Assembly (NCBI GenBank): GCA_028686075.1
Contig: JAQUCT010000002.1
Span: forward strand, 3,432 to 67,431
Length of the DNA: 64,000 nt
Direction of reading: 5' to 3'
From: Bacillota bacterium
GTDB lineage: Bacteria; Bacillota; Clostridia; Ch29
Positions 58,184 to 64,000 of the stretch are shown one piece after another (the first letter of the stretch is position 1; the number at the start of each line of letters is the position of its first letter). The notes under the pieces are model-generated. The model was not told where the DNA came from and did no database searches. It worked only from the letters and a program-made list of their open reading frames with translations. A program made the position numbers and the translations under genes.

Positions 58184-58672
58184 CTATATCACATTTATAC
58201 CATGCCCAATAGTTTTGATGTGCAGTTCTCCGTTTTTAGAATAAAACTCAATGGTTCTACCGTAACTCCCGCCTACGTCTTCGGCCACTATTTCCACGCT
58301 ATGCTTCTTTAGTTCCCGTCTTACCGCCTCCACGTTCCGTTCTCCTATTCTCATAAGGTCATTGGCCGACTTGAAACTGAACATTTGGGCACCACCGGCA
58401 ATTTTTGCGGTTATCCGTCCTTTATTTGCACCCAGACCCAGCATTTCTTTGATAAGCATTTCTATTGCTGTATCTGCGAACTTAGCCCTGTTGGAGTTGT
58501 TCTTGATCTCAATACTGGAAGGCAGCATAATATGTGCCATTCCAATAATTCTTTTAAACCGGTCATAGAGGCAGACACCCACGCATGAGCCCAGACCAAG
58601 CGTCACCAGTACCGCGGGGTCCCTTGCGGCGCGGGCCTCCGCTATACCTATTTTTGTAATCCCAACCGTCAT
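58184..58672 (-). CDS. cheD: Chemoreceptor glutamine deamidase CheD
   Basis: LGLGSCVGVCLYD motif. Confidence 0.9.
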   Translation of the reverse strand: MTVGITKIGIAEARAARDPAVLVTLGLGSCVGVCLYDRFKRIIGMAHIMLPSSIEIKNNSNRAKFADTAIEMLIKEMLGLGANKGRITAKIAGGAQMFSFKSANDLMRIGERNVEAVRRELKKHSVEIVAEDVGGSYGRTIEFYSKNGELHIKTIGHGINVI

Positions 58673-58674
58673 AA

Positions 58675-59298
58675 TTACGCTACTCCTAACTTCTCCAATA
58701 GATTTGCGAAGGATTCTAAGTCCGGAATTAATAAAAAGTTGCCCTTCACATGCGTTTTTCCCTCAAAAAAGTGTGTCTCAATAAGCAGCACGCTGTCACC
58801 CATGTGGCCGAACTGGATAATTGGGACGCTTAGCACTGCACCGGCCATATCAATCGCAAGGGCAGGTACCGATATTTTTATGTTCATTCCGGTCATGGTG
58901 GACAGTGAGGATATGTAAGAACCGGTCAGTATATTGCCTATTTCCTCAAGGGCGGACAGGCTCATTTCACCGAATTTGTCGTTGTCCCTGTAAGTACCCA
59001 TAAGCATATCAAGTAGTGCATTAGAGGAATCTACCGGCAAAAGAAACATTATGTTTCCAGATATATCGCCTTCCATCCGAAAGTAAACTCCTGTAACCTC
59101 TGCTTCGGCTCCGCCCAATATTTCGCTTACTTCCCTGAATTCCAGGATGCTTACCCGGGGTACCTCCATGTTAACTTTTTTATCAAGCATTTTTGAGAGA
59201 GCGGTTACCGCATTCCCGGCTCCTATGTTTCCCAGTTCCTTTAATACGTCCATCTGCATTGAGGTCATATTTTGGTAATCCATCGTCATGGTCTTCAC
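58675..59298 (-). CDS. cheC: CheY-P phosphatase CheC
   Basis: Duplicated CheC motif (ELGNIGAGNA... / EIGNILTGSY...). Confidence 0.9.
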   Translation of the reverse strand: MKTMTMDYQNMTSMQMDVLKELGNIGAGNAVTALSKMLDKKVNMEVPRVSILEFREVSEILGGAEAEVTGVYFRMEGDISGNIMFLLPVDSSNALLDMLMGTYRDNDKFGEMSLSALEEIGNILTGSYISSLSTMTGMNIKISVPALAIDMAGAVLSVPIIQFGHMGDSVLLIETHFFEGKTHVKGNFLLIPDLESFANLLEKLGVA

Positions 59299-59307
59299 TC
59301 CTAACCG

Positions 59308-59733
59308 CTAAGCTAATCTAAGTAGCTTTTCCAAGTCCAGTATTACAATTATTCTTTCCTGAAGCCGTGCTACACCTTTTATAAAGCCGTCGTCCCTGTC
59401 ACCGGAAAAATCCAGATTTGAATCGATTAAGTCCCTTTCTATGCCAATAACCTCCGTTGCGGAATCGGCGGTAATTCCTGCCTCCATGTCATCTACATTC
59501 ATTATTATTATCCTGCTCTCGCTGTCAAAGTCCCTATCCCCAAGGTCCATCCTCTTTCTTGTGTCAATTACCGGTATTACATCTCCCCTTAAGTTTATAA
59601 CTCCCATGACAAAGTCCTGGGTACCGGGAACCCGGGTTATTTCTGTTACCTTTTCTATGGTCTTTACCCTTTCAATGTCTACGGCAAACTCCCTGTCTTC
59701 TATTTCAAAAACAACGTACTGATTAACCGGCAC
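59308..59733 (-). CDS. cheW: Chemotaxis coupling protein CheW
   Basis: 141 aa CheW domain. Confidence 0.92.
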   Translation of the reverse strand: MPVNQYVVFEIEDREFAVDIERVKTIEKVTEITRVPGTQDFVMGVINLRGDVIPVIDTRKRMDLGDRDFDSESRIIIMNVDDMEAGITADSATEVIGIERDLIDSNLDFSGDRDDGFIKGVARLQERIIVILDLEKLLRLA

Positions 59734-59751
59734 CTTCTCACCCCTTATCTA

Positions 59752-61728
59752 CTATAAAAATGGATTAACGTCCAGTATAAGCGAAACCCTTCCGTCCCCC
59801 AGTATTGTGGCCCCGGCAATATACCGTATCCCGGACAGGAATTTACCCAACGGCTTAATAACAATCTCCTGCTGTCCGATTAGGCCATCCACCACCATTC
59901 CCGCCAGCTTTTCACCTTTTCTGACTACCACTATTGTCATTTCCCCCTTAAGCACTGAATGGTCCTCCAATCCCAGTTCCCTATCAAGTCGGATAATAGG
60001 AAGAATCTCACCCCTTAGCAGCACCACTTCCCTGTTTTGCACATTCTTAATCCTTGAGTACTCCATTGTTACTATCTCTTTTATGGAGTTTAAAGGTATG
60101 GCGTAACTTTCTAATCCCACGTTCACTAGAAGTGCCTGTATAATTGCTAGGGTAAGGGGAAGTCTTATAATAAATTTACTTCCTAAGGCCGGTTTGTTTT
60201 CCACCTCAACCATACCGCCGAGGGATTCTATCTTTGTTTTTACAACATCAAGGCCAACACCCCTGCCCGACAGGTCGGAAACCTTGCCTGCTGTACTAAA
60301 ACCCGGTGAAAATATTAGTTCAACCAACTCCTCTTCGTTTAGCGCATCAAGCTGCTGTTGGCTGTATAGTCCCGACTGTACCGATTTTTGTGCAATTCTT
60401 TTTATATCAATGCCACTGCCGTCGTCCTCCACCTCAATGACAACGGTATTACCGTCATGGAAGGCCTTGAGCATTATTTTTCCCTCGGTGGGTTTGCCCA
60501 GTTTCTTTCTTTCCTCCACCGGTTCTATGCCGTGGTCTATGGAGTTTCGTATAAGGTGTATAAGGGGGTCCCCTATTTCGTCTATAACCGTCCTGTCAAC
60601 CTCAGTTTCCTCTCCGTACATTAAAAGCCTTGTATCCTTGCCCAGGTTCTTCGAAAGGTCCCTTACCATCCTGGGGAACCTGTTAAACACTCTTTCAATG
60701 GGTACCATCCTTACCTTCATCACCGCATCGTGCAAATTTGTAGTAATCCTCTCCAGATACTCCAGGGTCTCTTCGGTATCCGCCTCTTCACCTCCGTCCC
60801 TGTTTTCCTCCAACCGTGTCTTTATTATTATAAGTTCGCTTACCAGGTTCATCAGGTTGTCAAGCCTGTTTATATCCACCCTAACAGTCTTCCCGGTTAT
60901 GCTTTTCCTTCCCCTTTGCTTAGTACCGGTATCCTTCGTATAATCTTCGTTTGTATCCTCCTCAAGATGAAAGTTGTCAATCTCATCGGGTATGTATGCC
61001 TCCCGTATTTCCACCTCTTCCAGCTCTGAAACCGATGCCAGACTGCCTTCTATTTCGTCTAAATCGCTTTGGGTTATAATCACCAGCCTTATGGTACGAT
61101 CGAACTTTTCATCCTCAATATCCTCCACACTGGGAACCGATTTAATTATGTCACCCTTCTTCTCGAGGGTATTAAACACTATAAACGCTCTAGCAGATTT
61201 TAGCATACAGTTTTTATCAAGCCTCACCTTTATTATAAAGCAGTTGAACCCCTGCTGCCGGGCTTTACCCAGTACCATTGTATCGTGGTCGTTAAACTCA
61301 ATGTCTGTTTGACTTCCCCCGTCCTCCTGGCAGTCTTCACTTTTTTCTGCGCCAAGGAGCCTTCCCAATCTTTCAAGCAGACCGTGGTTGTCCGTTTCGC
61401 CTTCCACACCCTCCCCGGCTATATTGTTTGCATAAGCCTGCAAACCGTCCAGGCATTCAAACAGAAGGTCCACCAGGACGGTATTCACCTTTATCCTTTG
61501 CTTTCTTATCCCATCCAGCAGGTTTTCCATCCCGTGGGTCAGCTGGGCCATACCGGTAAAGCCCATGGTGCCCGCCATCCCTTTTAGTGTATGAGATACC
61601 CTGAATATCTCATCCAGAACACTTTTGTCCTCCGGCAGTTTTTCAAGCTGTAACAGGCAGTTGTTAAGGCTTTCCAGATGCTCAACGGTCTCTTCAAGAA
61701 AAATGTCCAAAAACTGATTTGCGTCCAC
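59752..61728 (-). CDS. cheA: Chemotaxis histidine kinase CheA
   Basis: Hpt (HTLKGMAG), dimerisation, HATPase and CheW-like domains. Start set at GTG 61728 (GGAGGTG RBS, VDANQFLDIF...), 4 nt after the cheB stop. Confidence 0.93.
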   Translation of the reverse strand: MDANQFLDIFLEETVEHLESLNNCLLQLEKLPEDKSVLDEIFRVSHTLKGMAGTMGFTGMAQLTHGMENLLDGIRKQRIKVNTVLVDLLFECLDGLQAYANNIAGEGVEGETDNHGLLERLGRLLGAEKSEDCQEDGGSQTDIEFNDHDTMVLGKARQQGFNCFIIKVRLDKNCMLKSARAFIVFNTLEKKGDIIKSVPSVEDIEDEKFDRTIRLVIITQSDLDEIEGSLASVSELEEVEIREAYIPDEIDNFHLEEDTNEDYTKDTGTKQRGRKSITGKTVRVDINRLDNLMNLVSELIIIKTRLEENRDGGEEADTEETLEYLERITTNLHDAVMKVRMVPIERVFNRFPRMVRDLSKNLGKDTRLLMYGEETEVDRTVIDEIGDPLIHLIRNSIDHGIEPVEERKKLGKPTEGKIMLKAFHDGNTVVIEVEDDGSGIDIKRIAQKSVQSGLYSQQQLDALNEEELVELIFSPGFSTAGKVSDLSGRGVGLDVVKTKIESLGGMVEVENKPALGSKFIIRLPLTLAIIQALLVNVGLESYAIPLNSIKEIVTMEYSRIKNVQNREVVLLRGEILPIIRLDRELGLEDHSVLKGEMTIVVVRKGEKLAGMVVDGLIGQQEIVIKPLGKFLSGIRYIAGATILGDGRVSLILDVNPFL

Positions 61729-61732
61729 CCAA

Positions 61733-62788
61733 TTACACCTCCAGACTTTTAAGAATTTCCTCACCGATACTGTCCAGGTCCGCCACCTTGTCTATAAGAC
61801 CATTCTTTATTGCTGTACCCGGCATACCAAATACAATAGAGCTTTCTTCATTCTGGGCAATGGCGGGGCATCCCCGGAATTCTTTAAGCTTTGCCAGACC
61901 CGCCGACCCGTCGCTACCCATCCCCGTCATTATTACCGCAACCATTTTCTCTATCTGTACTCGGCTTAAGGATTCAAATAATACATCCACCGACGGTCTG
62001 TGTCCCGAAACGACAGGCCCCTCATCCAGCCTTATTACATATTCCCTCTCTCTAGCACCCCTGTTAACCCGCATATGGCAGCCCCCCGGTGCTATGTAAC
62101 AGTGCCCGGACTTCACAAGTTCCCTGTCCTTCGCCTCCCTGACTTTTAGCTGACAAAAGGTGTCAAGCCTTTCGGCGAGAGACTTTGTAAAACCCGCGGG
62201 CATGTGCTGCACCACCATTACCGCCCCCGCAATACTGCCCGGTATTACCGGGAGTACCCGTTGCAGAGCCTTTGGCCCACCGGTGGAGGAGCCTATGGCT
62301 ATCATGTATCTCACCGAAGTCCCGTAAATGCCCTCCGGTTTCGGTACATTTAATACCGGCCTCCTGCCCGGTCTGCGACCAATAAGTCTTGCCGTAGAAG
62401 CTACCGCAATTTTCTGTTTAATCTCCCTGCCAAACCGGGCCAAATCGTTTTCCAGGCCGGTGGAGGGTTTTGTTATGAAATCCACCGCCCCTATGTCAAG
62501 TGACTGTATTGTTTCCACAGCACCCCTTTTAGTATGGCTGCTAATCATAATAACGGGAGTTGGTCTGGTTTCGATGATGGCCTTAAGTGCCTCCAGACCG
62601 TTCATTCCCGGCATTTCCACATCCATTGTTACTACATCAATTCTCTTTTGTTTCAGTATCTCAAGAGCCTCCGCCCCATCTCCCGCTACGGCAGCAATTT
62701 CTATTCTTTCGTTGTCCTTCAGGATACTATTTATTACTCTTTGCATAAAAGCGGAATCGTCCACTACCAAAACCTTTATTTTGTCCAC
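61733..62788 (-). CDS. cheB: Chemotaxis response regulator protein-glutamate methylesterase CheB
   Basis: REC domain plus CheB methylesterase domain. Confidence 0.93.
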   Translation of the reverse strand: MDKIKVLVVDDSAFMQRVINSILKDNERIEIAAVAGDGAEALEILKQKRIDVVTMDVEMPGMNGLEALKAIIETRPTPVIMISSHTKRGAVETIQSLDIGAVDFITKPSTGLENDLARFGREIKQKIAVASTARLIGRRPGRRPVLNVPKPEGIYGTSVRYMIAIGSSTGGPKALQRVLPVIPGSIAGAVMVVQHMPAGFTKSLAERLDTFCQLKVREAKDRELVKSGHCYIAPGGCHMRVNRGAREREYVIRLDEGPVVSGHRPSVDVLFESLSRVQIEKMVAVIMTGMGSDGSAGLAKLKEFRGCPAIAQNEESSIVFGMPGTAIKNGLIDKVADLDSIGEEILKSLEV

Positions 62789-63438
62789 TATATCAGCCCT
62801 TTTCGTTTCAATTTTCTTTGTTCTTCAAATATAAATCCGATTATCCCGCTTCTAACCTTTTCATTCAGTTCAACAAACTGCACTCCTATTTCATAGGCGT
62901 ACTCCTTACTGTACACGGTTGTGTTTCTTATCACCTTCGCCTTTACTGTAAGTGGCTTGCCGGATAATACCAAATAACAGGTTACTATACAATCCTTCTC
63001 AATGTTCCTGTCAGAAGCAAGCCTCATACCTCCTGCACTAAAATCGAGGGTAAGGCATTTAACGACTATGCAGTCCTCTTCGGAGTAACTTATGTGTACC
63101 TGCACAGGCAAAACAGTGTTAAGCCTGTAGTAATCCCTTCTCTGGCTCTTTTTTACAGGAGATAGCACCTGTATTTTCAAACTTGGAATTCTTCCTCCGC
63201 TTCTTCCTATAACCCGAGCCTCAAACTCGTAGACTCCGTTATCCCTGTAAAACATTATACCTACTTCTTTCTCCTGCTTAATAGGAACCAGCCTGCCTCT
63301 TTGTATGGGCATGGCAATAGTAAGCACCCCGTTGCGGGAATCCTCCAGCACTTGGCTTACCATAATCCTTTGCTTGCCGGGGCCTTTACCCCTTATTATT
63401 ACGTGCAGCTTTTCTCCTGTAACAACAGGGATATCCAA
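62788..63438 (-). CDS. PilZ-domain c-di-GMP-binding flagellar brake protein (YcgR/MotI-like)
   Basis: RxxxR (QRRDYYR) and DxSxxG (DFSAGG) motifs. Confidence 0.8.
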   Translation of the reverse strand: MDIPVVTGEKLHVIIRGKGPGKQRIMVSQVLEDSRNGVLTIAMPIQRGRLVPIKQEKEVGIMFYRDNGVYEFEARVIGRSGGRIPSLKIQVLSPVKKSQRRDYYRLNTVLPVQVHISYSEEDCIVVKCLTLDFSAGGMRLASDRNIEKDCIVTCYLVLSGKPLTVKAKVIRNTTVYSKEYAYEIGVQFVELNEKVRSGIIGFIFEEQRKLKRKGLI

Positions 63439-63461
63439 TTTCCATTCCTCCCTACGGCATT

Positions 63462-64000
63462 TTATGAAGAGTTCATTCTTAGGTAAATCCTGGTCAAAAA
63501 TTCCCTTACTCCCTCCGGTTCCCTTATATACTCGGTATTGTACACAATCCTTTGGGCTATTCTTTCTATACTTTTCGCAGCTGCGCTCTTGGGTGAGCCG
63601 ATAATAAACGGAGTTTGAGTTTTGACAGCTTTGCTTACCGCCGGGTCTCTTTTCACAAAACCCAGGCTTTTTATCTCTGCACCTATAAACATTTTAGCAG
63701 CGGTGTTTATCCGGGCCAGTATATCCTCGGCTTCAGCCGGGCTTTCCACCATGTTGGCTATCATTTTTATATAGCATTCTTTGTTGTGTATACTGATTAT
63801 TTTAAGGATTGCGTAGGCATCGGTGATGGAAGTGGGTTCCGAATTTGTTACCAGTATAACTTCCCTTGCCGCCAGCACAAATTTCGTAACGCTGCGGGAA
63901 ATGCCGGCTCCCGTATCTACCAGTATAAAATCGGCGTAACTATCCAGCACAGACAGGGTATCAAGTAAGCTGTCAAACCTTCGCCTGTCCAGATAGGCCA
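63462..64000 (-). CDS. flhG: MinD/ParA-type ATPase FlhG (YlxH), C-terminal part; 5' end beyond the window
   Basis: The frame stays open to the window edge (…ILVDTGAG…); position upstream of the che genes. Confidence 0.75.
   Translation of the reverse strand, partial: AYLDRRRFDSLLDTLSVLDSYADFILVDTGAGISRSVTKFVLAAREVILVTNSEPTSITDAYAILKIISIHNKECYIKMIANMVESPAEAEDILARINTAAKMFIGAEIKSLGFVKRDPAVSKAVKTQTPFIIGSPKSAAAKSIERIAQRIVYNTEYIREPEGVREFLTRIYLRMNSS

Noticed and set aside
1-64000. CRISPR arrays, rRNA, tRNA
   Set aside because: No regularly spaced direct repeats, no rRNA-like conserved segments and no cloverleaf-like GC-rich about 75 nt units were seen in intergenic regions. A tRNAscan or CRISPR finder run would be needed to be certain.

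Overview
The window is a 64 kb chromosomal segment from a spore-forming Firmicute; gene content (PolC, SpoVS, YmxH, CinA-RecA-RecX, archaeal-type ProRS, a W-type AOR) points to a Clostridia-like organism. Almost all genes are on the minus strand. From about 9.2 kb to the end the gene order closely follows the conserved Firmicute (B. subtilis-like) neighbourhood. Reading high to low coordinates: flhG-pilZ-cheBAWCD-sigD | rpsB-tsf-pyrH-frr-uppS-cdsA-dxr-rseP-ispG | proS (T-box leader) | polC | rimP-nusA-ylxR-ylxQ-infB-rbfA-nrnA-truB-ribF | rpsO | pnp | ylxY-ymxG-dut-ymxH | dapG | tepA | uppP | ftsK | rimO-pgsA-cinA | recA-recX | rny | spoVS | PHP-asnS | proC. The start of the window holds a divergent lexA / yneA-like SOS pair with clear Cheo-type LexA boxes. 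The accessory region, where this conserved gene order breaks, lies at about 1.5-9.2 kb. It contains a putative Type II restriction-modification pair (PD-(D/E)XK nuclease plus a beta-class SPPY methyltransferase), a small Cys-rich ORF, ahcY, a XerC/D-like tyrosine recombinase, and a ThiS/MoaD - tungsten-type aldehyde:ferredoxin oxidoreductase - tetra-cluster ferredoxin operon. A ~100-120 bp structured palindromic element occurs twice, in inverted orientation about 27.5 kb apart. No rRNA, tRNA or CRISPR array was seen. All calls rest on reading the translations and DNA motifs by eye; no database search was possible.
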